DNA of 64,000 nucleotides from NCBI RefSeq assembly GCF_963921235.1, contig NC_086109.1:26290001-26354000 (forward strand), in the 5' to 3' direction. Numbering within the stretch: position 1 is the first letter of the stretch; each line of letters opens with the position of its first letter. The position numbers were made by a program, and so were the translations under genes. Shown one piece after another: positions 55,101 to 63,029 of the stretch. The stretch is from Mobula hypostoma. Taxonomy: Eukaryota. The notes under the pieces were generated by a model. That model was not told where the DNA came from, did not search any database, and saw nothing but the letters and a program-made list of their open reading frames with translations.

Positions 55101-58100
55101 AAGTCACGCTTGTAATTTGAACTTATTTTAGATTAGAGTACAAATATTCCAAGCTGATGATGAATGCCAATACTAAGGATGGTGAATTACCAGCAGTTGA
55201 TAGCTGTGCCATAATGGAAGGTGAAGATCTGGAAGATGATCTGATTTTTATGAGCAAGAAATCTTTGTTTGGAAAGATAAAGTCATTTGCTGTTAAGGTA
55301 AGTTACTATTTTATCCATAATCGTCCTACAAAGTACACGGGTGCTTATATTATTTGCCATAGACTTTATTCTTTTTTATTGGACAAGTACAAAATAAATG
55401 GCAGGGTAAGTAGCTTAAAAATCCAACACATTCTGGAATGTTCCGTGTGCTAGAAAATGGATTTTTTGATAAAAACTCAATAACTAAATGCGACAGAATA
55501 TATATCCTGACGAAGGGTCTCGGCCCGAAACGTCGACTGTACCTCTTCCTAGAGATGCTGCCTGGCCTGCTGCGTTCCACCAGCAACTTTTATGTGTGTT
55601 GCCTGAATTTCCAGCATCTGCAGATTTCCTCGTCTTGTGAGAATATATTGTGTGCTGGTTTTGTGTTGGCTCTGGCATGTATGTGATGTGTGCTTGCATG
55701 GAGGCTGCTGGCTATGTGCGGTGACATCTAGGAGAGTGCAATGCTTTTTTGATGTCCTTTGCGTCAAGTTGTCTTACACAAATGCTTTGCGCCAAGTTGG
55801 CCTTAACCGAAGTGATGAGGCAGAGTTGTAGAACACCACAGTACAGGAGTAGGCCCAATGGCCCATTTGGGCCGCCTCTTCTTCCCAATAGGTACCATTT
55901 TTAAGCATTCAATGTTAGTGATGGCTCCCAGCAACTGCAACCTCTTGATGCTTTCAGGTCTCCACTCCAACCATCTCTGCAACTGAACATCCACCCATTC
56001 AAATCATTCCCACAGCTGGATCCATCATCTTCCTTCTGATAATCTCCTGCAAGATTCTCTCCATTCCCCATCTCCACCCATTTCTCCCCATTCCCCATCT
56101 GGCTATTTCCGTGGAGGAAAGACCCTTCGAAGTTTACTCATGCAAAGATCAGCAGCTCAGGCTTCAATGTAACGGAATATCAAGGATAGGCTCCTACACA
56201 TAACCAGCCCAAGCCCTCACACGTAACCACTTTATTGCCTGTTTCGAGATGTGTTGTAATTTATTGGCCAATGTAAGCAAACAACTCTTTTATTAAGTTT
56301 CTTTGAAATTTCTTATCATTAGCCAAGTCGTGAATCAGAGTAATATTCCTACATATATTTATGACATGGGTGAAGGTTAGGCTTTCAGAACCCATAAGAC
56401 AGTACATAAACAAAAGTTATTCAGTTTGGATTTTCCGGTGTTAGAACCCTGAAGCTGGATCAAGCTTCTCACGAAAGCTGCAAGTGGGTTTCATTTCCAC
56501 TTTATGATTTTCCATTCTCACTTGCTTTGCACTGCCTGGTGCTAACTCTTATTTCCAGTAATTTGCTATTTCGGTTGTTTCCCGATGAGGTCTGGAAAGG
56601 GAATGTCAGCGAGCCATTCAATTACGAAGATCGTGCTGAGGTCAATCATCTTCTTATGTGGTGTCCTTGAACAACAACAGCGAGCAGACATACTTACTAT
56701 CCAGAGCAACACGTACACACACAAAATGCTGGAGGAACTCAGCAGGCTAGGCAGCATCTATGGAAAAGAGTACAGTCGACGTTTCAGGCCGAGAGAGACC
56801 CTGCATTAGGACTGGAGTTCCTGCGCATTTTGTGTGTGTTGCTTGAATTTCCAGCATCTGCAGATTTTCTCTTGTTTGTGACACTTACTATCTAATGCTG
56901 CTTCCTCCTTAGCTTAGGAGTACTGACAGCTTCGGGATATCCCTGCTGCACTGCCAATTGAAGTCAGCTAACAGGGCAACATGGTCGCAAGTGGTTCGCA
57001 TAATGCTATCACACAGCCCATGATCCAGGATCAATTGCACCACTGTATGTAAGGAGTTCACTCTTTTACTCTGTGGGTTTCTTCTAGGTGCTTTGGTTTC
57101 CTCCTGCATTCTCAAGACATACTGGATCATGGGTTAGTTGATCACATGCGTGTAATTGGACAGTGTGGGCTCGTTGGGCCAGAAAGGCCTGTTTCTCTAA
57201 AAGAAAATTTTAAAAATTCAATGTGGACCAAGAATTGAATGTAGATTCTTTCCCAATTGCAGCTCACATGTGCAGTAAGCAGAATTTGAATAAGTTGGGG
57301 ACTTTTTCCTCATATAATTACAATTCAGTTGGTAAACTTTTAGAAGCAAGACCTGAAAGTGTATTGAAACTATTGGTAAACTATGCATTTTTCTCATTAT
57401 TAATGATATAATTTGCCTTAAATATATTTTTAAGTATTCTGGAACTGTAGAATTTTATTTATCGTATGAAAGGTATCAATACCTTCCCTTATGTTAAGTA
57501 TCTAAAAATTGGACCGCAAATAAAACAATGTTGCAAACCCTTAATAACTGTGATGACAGGTAATAGTTTGCCCGCTCCAAATGAAATTGTTGATTGTTGC
57601 ACTTTTTTTTACATCTGGACTGTCTGCACTTCTATTTTTAGCCTTCATATGCCCTTGATCTTGACATAGAAGAATGCTTTGCACTAGGAAACGCTCTTTG
57701 ACTGAAGCGCAGTGTCCTCAACTTAGATAGAATGGTGAGCAATAGATGAAGAATTTTTTTTAAAAATCAGCCAGTAAAATCAATCTAATAATGCATGCAA
57801 GTTGTATACTCAAATAATGGAGAAAGGTAAAATGGGGCATTTTCTTAGGTTGCATCATTTATGTAATTATGATACATAGAGCAATAATAAATTTGAACAG
57901 AATTATTATTTTATCCCATAGGCAAGTTGGTTTTAAAGTCATAGTTTATTTTAATATCAACCTTTAAAGGAAAATTTTGCAAATTCACTCGGAGAAAAGC
58001 TTTATTTCTCTACATTTTGGGGGGAATGAGGACAATGCAGACATGGTAAGCATTCAGTGCCTAAACCAAACTGATAAGATTGCGGTGAGTTAATTTCTAG

Positions 58101-61100
58101 AACCTCTGTAGAATTGCAGTAGTTAAATGTAGCTGAATGCCTTGCTTGGCCAATTCAGAGGACTATAAAGAGAGACAAGATCTCCAGTCACATAAAGGCC
58201 AAAATAAGTAAGGTACAAAAATTATGTAATCATTTTTTATTTGTACGGCAGAAGGATATCAGCAATATTGTTGAAATGATCATGGGTTGATAGCCTAGTG
58301 GTTAGGACAACACTTTACAACACTAGCGATCACCAATTGGAGTTCACTTGCCACCACTGTCTGTAAGGAGTTTGTATGTTCTCCCCATGACCATGTAGGT
58401 TTCCTCTGGGTACTCGGCTTTCCTCCCACATCCCAAAAACATGTGGTTAAGCTTGGGGCTAGTGAGCTGTGAACATCAGAAATGTGGCGAAATTTGCGGA
58501 CTATCCGCAGCATATTCCTCTGGCTCATTGGCGTAAAGGATGCTTTTCGCTGTATGTTTTGATGTACATGTGACAAGTAAAGCTGACCTTTAATCTTTGA
58601 ATGTTTTTAAAGATAGTGGATAAGGCTCTGGGTCAAAAGGTTTCCGAGCAGGTTTTCTAGGAAGTAATGTTATAGCATCGGAATGTTTTCCTTATTAAAA
58701 TGAAACGGGAAGAGAACAAGATTCTTGGGATCCCACAATCAGACGAGCAGGGGATTGATTAGTTTCCACTTAGTCCACTTGGCAATTTATCAACAAGAAC
58801 TAAGTCATCTCCACTGGGCAATGTGAAGTCAATAATAGACACTTAACAAAGCAATGAGGCCTGAGTATGTACATTGCAGTGACTTCACACAGAGATCAAA
58901 GGTTTGCTCAGTAAGTATTTAATTTACAAATAAAGACTAATAGCATGCAGAGCAATGAACTCTCCTTGTAGACATTTATTATATAATTGCATTGCTGCTA
59001 ACGTAAGACCATAAGTTATAGGAGCAGAATTAGGCCATTTGCCCCATTGGGTCTGCTCCACTATTTCATCAAGGCTGATCCATTTCCCTCTCAGCCACAA
59101 TCTCCTGCCTTCTCCCTGTATCCCTTCATGCCCTGACTAATCAAGAATCTATGAATCTCTGCCTTATGTATACCCAATGAGCTGGCTGTGTCAATGAATT
59201 TTACAGATTCACTCTCTGGCGAAAGAAATTCCTCCTGATCTCCATTTTAAATGAACGTCCCCCTATTCCAAGACTGTTCCTTTGATCTTAGACTCCCCCA
59301 GCACAGGAAACATCCTCTCCACATCCAGTCCATTGAGACCTTTCAATGTTCGATAGGTTTCAATGAGATCGTCCCTCATTCTGTATACAGTCCCTGGGCC
59401 ACCAATCACACCTCGCATGACAAGCCTTTCAATCCTAGAATGATTTTTGTGAACTTCCTTTGAACCCTCTCCAATATCAGCATATCTGGGGTACTGCATA
59501 CAATCTTGATATTCTTATTTAAGAAGAGATGTCCTCAAATTAAAGGTAGTTCAGAGATTATCACTCACCTTTCATTCACACGCAATTTTTCTTTTACTCC
59601 TCATCAGCATCCACAGGAAAATTTGAATTACCAGCAGATATTGTTGAACATATGCAGATATAAGTAATAGATGAAAGAATACAATCTAAGCAAACTAAAA
59701 TTTGTACAACAATGCAGACAACGTATACATTTTATATATTGTTCACTTAAACAATATCTGCTTAATTATGCTATTAAATGAGAAGTGATGTCAGAACAGG
59801 GAGTCTTCATTAAAAACATGTAGATTTACTATGAACCATGGATCAGTAGCAGTGGCCTCACCTCTGAGTTAGAAGGTAATGATTTCTCCTGCCACTCCAG
59901 AACCCTGATCATGTAATAATAAAAATAGAAAATGTTGAAAACGCTTGGGCAGGGCAGCATCTATCAAAAGAGAAACAGTTAACAATTAACTAACAGCTAA
60001 CTCTTTGTCAAAACAGGGAGAGTGAAAAAATAAGAAGTTTTTGGTGGCAGAGAATGTGGAGGGAGGGATGGGTAGGAAAAAGGAATATCTCTGATAGGCC
60101 AACACACAAAAGGCTGGAGGAGCTTAGCAGATCAGGCAGCATCAATTGAGGGAAACTTCCCCTCCATAGATGATGTTGAGTTCCTCCAGCATTTTGTGTG
60201 TTGCTGAAGATTTCCAGCATCAGCAGAATCTCTTGTGTTTGCGATCTCTGATAGGGAAGGCCAAGTGGCGTAGATATGTAACGTGTTGATACTTGATTAC
60301 TTTATTGAAGGAATGCTGCATTTTCCATATTCTTCAAATAAATGTTAAACCATGAGCCAATCTGCCTTAAGCTACCTGACTTGGAATGGAGCAAAAATGC
60401 CTCTCCAGAGGTGTGGCTGGTACTTTTCACTCAAGCAGCATAGTGAAAGAATGGTTGGGTTGAGTTGTTCTCTGATCTTGACAATTTACCCACTCAACTA
60501 GCCCAACCATCAACCACCTGAACTACATCTTCCAAATTATTATTATTGTGAAAGAATAAATGTCTGGTCTTTAGCTTGGTGCTGTTTATGGAACCTCTCT
60601 CTTTCATATGACTTTGTATTTTTTTGTTAACTATATTTTTCCCTCTTTTTTTCTATTTCCCCTTTCTGGTGGTGATTCAATCAAAGTGACAGGTAAAGAA
60701 TCTCACAGTACTACTGAAGGGTCTTGGTCCAAAAAATTAACTGTTTATCCCCTTGCGTAGGTGCTGACTGACATGCTGAGTTCCCCCAGTACATTGTATG
60801 TTTTGCTCAAAATCCCCAGCATCTGCAGAATCTATTGTGTTTATGGTAAAGAATTTCATTAAAATGGACAGGAAACAAAACAGGGAGACAAGAACGTAAA
60901 CATCAGCAAAAGATGTGCAAATTAGTAAATGATTTTAATTACTTAACATGCTGACAATAGGATTAAATACACTAAGCACTCAGTGATTACTGTATCTTAA
61001 AAAGGTGGAGATGTTTTGGAATATTGCAATGAATACAGAACCTCTGGGAAAAAACTTGTATAGGCTATTCTTATGGTCTCAAAGTTTATTTTTAATTATG

Positions 61101-61787
61101 TTCAGGTTAGCAAGCTGATTTTTCTTCTTCCTAACATAAACCTGTTTTGATTATTTTAATCCAAATACTCATTTACAGTTTAATAACTATTTTTAGTAAA
61201 AGTATTTGCATTGGTTAAGATGGTTTTAAAATTATTTAAACTCTCATTCTCAACTAAGTACCTCACTCACTGGAAACATCTGTTGAAAGCTATGTCAGGT
61301 TACTGTGAGTTTTTTTTCTTCGCATCCAACAAATTTGTAAAGTAGGTGAGCATTTGGATTTGTGTCAATATTACAAAGCCAAGATTCAAGATTGTTTAAT
61401 ATAATTTCCTGTACATAAGTGTAAAGGAGAGTGAAATAATTACTCCGGATCCAATGCAGCATATATACTCATATAACAGCATGTATGTAATATATTCTAA
61501 AGTTGGTTTATGTATAGTTGTACTATTTTTACATACTAGTTCTATAGTTTTGCTTTTATCAGTTGAAATACAGTAACTATTCACCGACAAATAGCAGGAA
61601 GAATATCTTTCTAAGTTCATTGCCTTTGTGAGTAGGGGTCGCAGATGAGTAATAATCATATCTCAATGATGTTGTTAGTTCATCTCAATTTCTAATTAAA
61701 TATTTTTTGTATTTTCAGAGAACACCAGATGGTTTTGATTCTGTTCCACTGAAATCTTCCTCAGGATCAGCAGACATGGAAATGTAA
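7022..61787 (+). CDS. ELAPOR1: ELAPOR1 (KIAA1324/EIG121, endosome-lysosome associated apoptosis and autophagy regulator 1) orthologue; spliced partial CDS of 17 exons, 5' exons outside window
   Basis: join(7022-7127,12201-12350,13712-13800,19971-20151,27758-27886,29673-29763,35481-35586,37556-37693,39657-39917,41963-42136,42214-42385,44169-44268,45656-45757,48221-48347,50823-51001,55132-55297,61719-61787) = 2340 nt with consistent phases and AG acceptors. Recognisable peptides: [68 protein letters not shown]. The C-terminus matches ELAPOR1 rather than ELAPOR2 as recalled. Confidence 0.93.
7240..8990 (-). mobile_element. Old Penelope-like element fragment interrupted by a CR1 insertion
   Basis: Reverse complement of ~8700-8750 reads [13 protein letters not shown] (GIY-YIG); degenerate terminal repeat/ribozyme region at ~7270-7350. 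Confidence 0.75.
7436..8205 (+). mobile_element. CR1-type LINE 3' fragment, near-intact ORF2 C-terminus
   Basis: ORF 7456-8127: RDLG...[15 protein letters not shown]...[12 protein letters not shown]...FFTQRVV..WNELP; tail gttatatggttatatg. Confidence 0.9.
11595..11950 (+). mobile_element. SINE/LINE-derived remnant ending in a (TGA)n tail
   Basis: Ends aatgatgatgatgat; GC-richer than flanks; family not determined. Confidence 0.5.
12201..12350 (+). CDS. ELAPOR1: ELAPOR1 coding exon ([13 protein letters not shown]...LDEYS)
   Basis: ctgtttttag| acceptor, tcag|gtaacg donor; 150 nt, Cys-rich repeat. Confidence 0.95.
12777..12907 (-). mobile_element. Short PLE-terminal-repeat element carrying a hammerhead motif
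   Basis: TSD gattcactg (12768-12776 / 12908-12916); minus strand begins cctgacgaagggtatcggcccgaaacgtcgact. Confidence 0.85.
13712..13800 (+). CDS. ELAPOR1: ELAPOR1 coding exon ([13 protein letters not shown]...NAEGK)
   Basis: ttttgaattag| acceptor, aag|gtaatt donor; 89 nt. Confidence 0.93.
14755..15410 (+). mobile_element. Rex1/Babar-like LINE 3' fragment
   Basis: [19 protein letters not shown] and [23 protein letters not shown]-terminal motifs shared with other copies in the window. Confidence 0.7.
15512..16586 (+). mobile_element. Penelope-like retroelement, 5'-truncated; GIY-YIG endonuclease region plus terminal repeat with hammerhead ribozyme
   Basis: 17-bp TSD ttattttactttcatcc (15495-15511 / 16587-16603); [23 protein letters not shown] at ~15860-15930; polypyrimidine 3' region; HHR at 16450-16485. 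Confidence 0.9.
16450..16485 (+). ncRNA. Minimal type I hammerhead ribozyme motif (PLE-associated)
   Basis: Stem I AGUC/GACU; core CUGACGA (16454-16460); stem II GGGU-CUUG-GCCC; GAAAC-GUC with palindromic stem III; predicted cleavage 3' of C16481. Confidence 0.8.
16755..17185 (-). mobile_element. Rex1/Babar-like LINE 3' fragment
   Basis: Minus-strand [29 protein letters not shown]...[13 protein letters not shown]. Confidence 0.75.
18052..18528. repeat. ~45-bp minisatellite, about 11 units, inside a larger unclassified minus-strand retroelement remnant (~17850-19180)
   Basis: Repeated catcaaatcccc-agccccctccctcacagaaaaaa-cagcaacaata units. Confidence 0.85.
19183..19222. repeat. (CTAAAAAA)n short tandem repeat
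   Basis: ctaaaacctaaaaaactaaaaaactaaaaaactaaaaacc. Confidence 0.85.
19492..19621 (-). mobile_element. Short PLE-terminal-repeat element (degenerate hammerhead)
   Basis: attctgcagatgct...gaggaactcagcaggtcaggcagcatctatgg...tcagg; same family as the 16450-16586 terminus. Confidence 0.75.
19971..20151 (+). CDS. ELAPOR1: ELAPOR1 coding exon ([13 protein letters not shown]...SYSDGYD)
   Basis: cttctag| acceptor, gatg|gtaaaa donor; 181 nt. Confidence 0.93.
20215..20990 (-). mobile_element. Highly decayed PLE-like remnant
   Basis: Terminal-repeat-like gaatgctggaagtgcttggcagggcaagtggcatc followed by sequence resembling the 8560-8990 PLE body. Confidence 0.45.
21921..22415 (-). mobile_element. Tc1/mariner-derived non-autonomous element nested in a Rex-like remnant (~21830-22800)
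   Basis: Imperfect TIRs (ta)cacccagtgtcaactttattaggta / tacttaataagacggctactgagtg; minus-strand [40 protein letters not shown] resembles a Tc1 transposase N-terminal HTH. Confidence 0.85.
23068..23165. repeat. C-rich polypyrimidine low-complexity tract
   Basis: cctcctcccccctacctctcctccccctacccctcc...; G4-capable on the minus strand. Confidence 0.8.
23473..23735 (-). mobile_element. CR1-type LINE 3' end fragment
   Basis: Minus-strand [32 protein letters not shown]. Confidence 0.8.
24325..25030 (-). mobile_element. Rex1/Babar-like LINE 3' fragment
   Basis: ORF 24360-24758: LTNF.GC.MESILTC..CYG...[23 protein letters not shown]. Confidence 0.75.
26862..27050 (-). mobile_element. tRNA-derived SINE (related copy on + strand at ~50436-50635)
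   Basis: Minus strand begins ctggtggtgtagtggcatcagcactggacttcgaggcg..gagttcaaatc (A/B boxes); (caa)n tail. Confidence 0.7.
27758..27886 (+). CDS. ELAPOR1: ELAPOR1 coding exon ([20 protein letters not shown]...DCGVVS); not in ORF track
   Basis: ttttttcag| acceptor, agtg|gtaagc donor; 129 nt; manual translation gives conserved [12 protein letters not shown]. Confidence 0.93.
28400..28678 (-). mobile_element. V-SINE-like tRNA-derived SINE
   Basis: Minus strand tggcatggtcgtgtagtggttagcac...gtaaggagtt...cgggttttctcagggtgctctggtttcctc; (aata)n tail. Confidence 0.8.
29356..29606. mobile_element. Fold-back (head-to-head) PLE-terminal-repeat element with two facing hammerhead motifs; includes a (CA)n expansion
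   Basis: Near-perfect TSD tgtcaattgtt (29345-29355) / tgtcgattgtt (29607-29617); inverted arms centred on ccttcatcag-tc-ttgatgaagg (29461-29482). Confidence 0.85.
29673..29763 (+). CDS. ELAPOR1: ELAPOR1 coding exon (WEVAGDHV...VLGFR)
   Basis: tttgtttcag| acceptor, ttag|gtaaga donor; 91 nt. Confidence 0.94.
31705..31970 (+). mobile_element. Rex1/Babar-like LINE 3' fragment
   Basis: [32 protein letters not shown]...[10 protein letters not shown]. Confidence 0.7.
32586..34677 (-). mobile_element. L1-clade LINE ORF2 internal fragment (APE endonuclease to RT YADD), frameshifted
   Basis: SWNVK..., [69 protein letters not shown]; flanked by a 68/72-bp direct duplication. Confidence 0.92.
34980..35290 (-). 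mobile_element. Old CR1-like remnant
   Basis: Minus-strand RFTGMVP..KDFSY..RLQKL.LFS.E resembles CR1 ORF2 C-terminus. Confidence 0.55.
35481..35586 (+). CDS. ELAPOR1: ELAPOR1 coding exon (PPQSVIV...[10 protein letters not shown]...LRFMV)
   Basis: ttgcccag| acceptor, gtg|gtaagt donor; 106 nt. Confidence 0.94.
35915..36410 (+). mobile_element. Rex1/Babar-like LINE 3' fragment
   Basis: [45 protein letters not shown]; tail gacaataataaaccaattcca. Confidence 0.75.
37556..37693 (+). CDS. ELAPOR1: ELAPOR1 coding exon ([26 protein letters not shown]...FKE)
   Basis: atttcag| acceptor, gag|gtatat donor; 138 nt. Confidence 0.9.
39226..39515 (+). mobile_element. V-SINE-like tRNA-derived SINE
   Basis: gcatggtagtgtagtggttagcac head; V-domain gtgggtttcctccgggtgctccggtttcctcccacattccaaagac; (aata)n tail. 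Confidence 0.85.
39657..39917 (+). CDS. ELAPOR1: ELAPOR1 coding exon ([14 protein letters not shown]...CGPGTQSNS)
   Basis: tgtttcag| acceptor, tcg|gtaaaa donor; 261 nt. Confidence 0.93.
41323..41389 (+). mobile_element. 67-bp internal PLE-terminal-repeat fragment flanked by 14-bp direct repeats
   Basis: tgctgttaaagcac at 41309-41322 and 41390-41403; insert gtcgactgcacatcttcctagagatgctgcctggcctgctgcgttcaccagc. Confidence 0.8.
41963..42136 (+). CDS. ELAPOR1: ELAPOR1 coding exon (NHTLCYNDC...FNISLCGNQ), start of MRH-like region
   Basis: cctttctcag| acceptor, cag|gtaaat donor; 174 nt. Confidence 0.94.
42214..42385 (+). CDS. ELAPOR1: ELAPOR1 coding exon ([12 protein letters not shown]...LADHLIG)
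   Basis: ttttattttaag| acceptor after a 77-nt intron, atag|gtaagt donor; 172 nt. Confidence 0.93.
42535..43075 (-). mobile_element. PLE 3' fragment with decayed hammerhead
   Basis: Minus strand agtcctgatgaagggcctcggtctgaaacattgactg; [25 protein letters not shown] endonuclease C-terminus. Confidence 0.8.
43076..43357 (-). mobile_element. V-SINE-like SINE
   Basis: Minus-strand gtgggttttcttcgggtgctccagtttcct V-domain; similar copies at ~45020-45285 (-), 48446-48725 (-), 56973-57200 (+), 58290-58600 (+). Confidence 0.75.
44169..44268 (+). CDS. ELAPOR1: ELAPOR1 coding exon ([11 protein letters not shown]...LPDIIFYFR) with GC donor; not in ORF track
   Basis: acttttag| acceptor; ends ttcag|gcaagt; 100 nt; phase 2 matches next exon. 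Confidence 0.9.
44443..44773 (+). mobile_element. Tx1-clade LINE extreme 3' fragment
   Basis: ORF 44483-44722 ([11 protein letters not shown]...[15 protein letters not shown]...W) resembles Tx1 ORF2 C-terminus; A-rich end; possible TSD aagggtag (44435-44442 / 44774-44781). Confidence 0.65.
45656..45757 (+). CDS. ELAPOR1: ELAPOR1 coding exon ([23 protein letters not shown]...ISVP); not in ORF track
   Basis: tttcacag| acceptor, caaa|gtaata donor; 102 nt. Confidence 0.9.
46419..46520 (+). mobile_element. Short, decayed PLE-terminal-repeat element
   Basis: Begins cctgatga; contains atgctgct...tgagttcctccagca; approximate TSD cagattt/ccc. Confidence 0.6.
46555..47940 (-). mobile_element. Decayed CR1-type LINE hosting a PLE mini-insertion
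   Basis: Minus-strand [32 protein letters not shown]. Confidence 0.75.
47584..47721. mobile_element. PLE mini-element with inverted 5' portion
   Basis: TSD ttactataaag (47573-47583 / 47722-47732); ~47581-47691 is antisense (includes the HHR), ~47691-47721 is the sense 3' end. Confidence 0.85.
47949..48050 (+). mobile_element. Short PLE-terminal-repeat fragment (mutated hammerhead)
   Basis: agtcctgacgcaggatctcagcccaaaacgtcaagtgtacctcttcctagagatgctgcctggcctgctgc. Confidence 0.75.
48221..48347 (+). CDS. ELAPOR1: ELAPOR1 coding exon ([17 protein letters not shown]...CINGIQ)
   Basis: gttgacag| acceptor, cag|gtaaca donor; 127 nt. Confidence 0.95.
49304..49650 (-). mobile_element. CR1 3' fragment (same subfamily as 2207-2855) nested in an older CR1 remnant (~49225-50200)
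   Basis: [36 protein letters not shown] and tail ggttttctatgtttct. Confidence 0.85.
50823..51001 (+). CDS. ELAPOR1: ELAPOR1 coding exon encoding the transmembrane helix ([12 protein letters not shown]...[25 protein letters not shown])
   Basis: gtttacag| acceptor, gaaa|gtgagt donor; 179 nt; hydrophobic stretch followed by basic KKNRK. Confidence 0.95.
51390..53826 (+). mobile_element. Long decayed Penelope-like element (RT + GIY-YIG + terminal repeat)
   Basis: [37 protein letters not shown] (~52360), RLEEQHL..PDGMNI.FSN; degenerate HHR at ~53725-53762 and terminal repeat to ~53826. Confidence 0.85.
55132..55297 (+). CDS. ELAPOR1: ELAPOR1 coding exon, cytoplasmic tail ([12 protein letters not shown]...KIKSFAVK)
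   Basis: ttattttag| acceptor, aag|gtaagt donor; 166 nt. Confidence 0.95.
55504..55639 (+). mobile_element. Short PLE-terminal-repeat element starting at the hammerhead core
   Basis: TSD agaatatat (55495-55503 / 55640-55648); cctgacgaagggtctcggcccgaaacgtcgact at 55506-55538. Confidence 0.85.
56702..56882. mobile_element. PLE mini-element with inverted 5' arm (partial hairpin)
   Basis: TSD acttactatc (56692-56701 / 56883-56892); antisense arm to ~56814, then sense gagttcct...gcagattttctcttgtttgtg. Confidence 0.8.
59006..59480 (-). mobile_element. CR1-type LINE 3' fragment
   Basis: Minus-strand [30 protein letters not shown] and typical 3'UTR. Confidence 0.8.
60099..60243. mobile_element. PLE mini-element with inverted 5' arm, nested in an older PLE-like remnant (~59920-60270)
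   Basis: TSD atctctgatagg (60087-60098 / 60244-60255); arms caacacacaaaaggctggagga... / tcctccagcattttgtgtgttg. Confidence 0.8.
60706..60844 (+). mobile_element. Short decayed PLE-terminal-repeat element
   Basis: TSD ggtaaagaatctca / ggtaaagaatttca (60692-60705 / 60845-60858); starts at a degenerate agtcctgatgaagggtc. Confidence 0.75.
61719..61787 (+). CDS. ELAPOR1: ELAPOR1 terminal coding exon ([22 protein letters not shown])
   Basis: tattttcag| acceptor; TAA at 61785-61787; followed by AT-rich putative 3'UTR. Confidence 0.94.
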   Translation, partial: RTPDGFDSVPLKSSSGSADMEM

Positions 61788-63023
61788 CATGAGATCTCAA
61801 ATGCTCTGCTTTGTTGACACATTCACTAAAGTGACCTTCGTTGAAATATGTTTAAACTAAAAATGCTGTATTTTAAAAAGCTCTCATTGGAAAGTTAAAT
61901 ATAAATGAAGATCCTTTTGTATAAATGATATAAATATTGATTCATGGTGGCCTTACTACTGTATCATTTATGTACTGAGATTTTTAAAAGATTAATTTAT
62001 GCTCAAATCTTTAAAATGACTAGATATTAATGACAATCATAATTACTCATTCTGGGACCAATTATTAGTTTTTCTTTTCCCCAGAATTATGGTTTAAGTT
62101 TTTAAATAATGAAACTAAAAGACTCAACAACTTGAAGATATCACCAGCATGTGTCAAAAATACGGCACTGAAATGGAAGGACACATGGTTCAAATACAAT
62201 TTCTTAATGTGACCAAAATTTGAATTGTTTTTATTGCTGGGTGTTGCTGTTTCTCTTTCTTAATCCTCAGCACCTCTTCTTGAGAGAGTCATCTTACACA
62301 GGCTAATGCATCTCTTCTAAATTGCATGACTTCTGCTTCAAACACCAAACAAAACTGAAAACCTGAAAATCACCTTGGAAGCTATGCTTCTGCCTTAAAA
62401 CCAACAATATCCAAGAAGAGTATATGCTTTTATCCCAGTTATCCAGTGTGAATATCTGCAGTAATTATTTTGATCAAGCAATTGGCTGTTTAGCTAATAT
62501 TAAGAAATTAGTATTTACTGCTGATAAGTTTTAGTTTAATCATTATATAAAACACTTGTAGTTCCCAATTTATCTTCTTGCTGTCCGGAAAATGGCTGGA
62601 TTGCATAAAGGAAGGCAATCTCAATTCACTCTGCTTCACTGCTAAACACGCTGGTATGTCATCTGCAGGTATGCAGAGCAAATTTTAGCAATATTAATAC
62701 GATAGGAAGTAAGTTATAGAATATCTTTTGCATAATGAAATTTCTTAAGGACTTCACAGGACAAAGTTTGAACTACATTGGCCAAAAGCATGGTGAATAA
62801 GGTCATCGTAAGGAGAGCCTTCAAGGAGGTGAAGAAGCAGTGAGATTTGGGGTTTAGCGCCAAAATGGTTGAAGACGCAACCACCAAACAGAAACCTTCC
62901 AGAAACAAAATAACCACTAAAAAAACCTGAAGTAGCTTTATGATGTGCTTGCAGAAAGCAGGGCTATATTTATAACAAAAATCTTGCCACTCATTTGCAT
63001 ACAAAGGAATGAATTCTTATTTA

Positions 63024-63029
63024 AATAAA
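63024..63029 (+). terminator. Candidate polyadenylation signal AATAAA for ELAPOR1 (ATTAAA also at 63344-63349)
   Basis: First canonical AATAAA I could see downstream of the stop codon; usage unproven. Confidence 0.35.

Noticed and set aside
62714..63004. 96-aa hydrophobic minus-strand ORF as a possible neighbouring gene exon
   Set aside because: No recognisable homology or motif and no ATG start; consistent with antisense reading of an A-rich UTR. A BLASTp/RNA-seq check would settle it.
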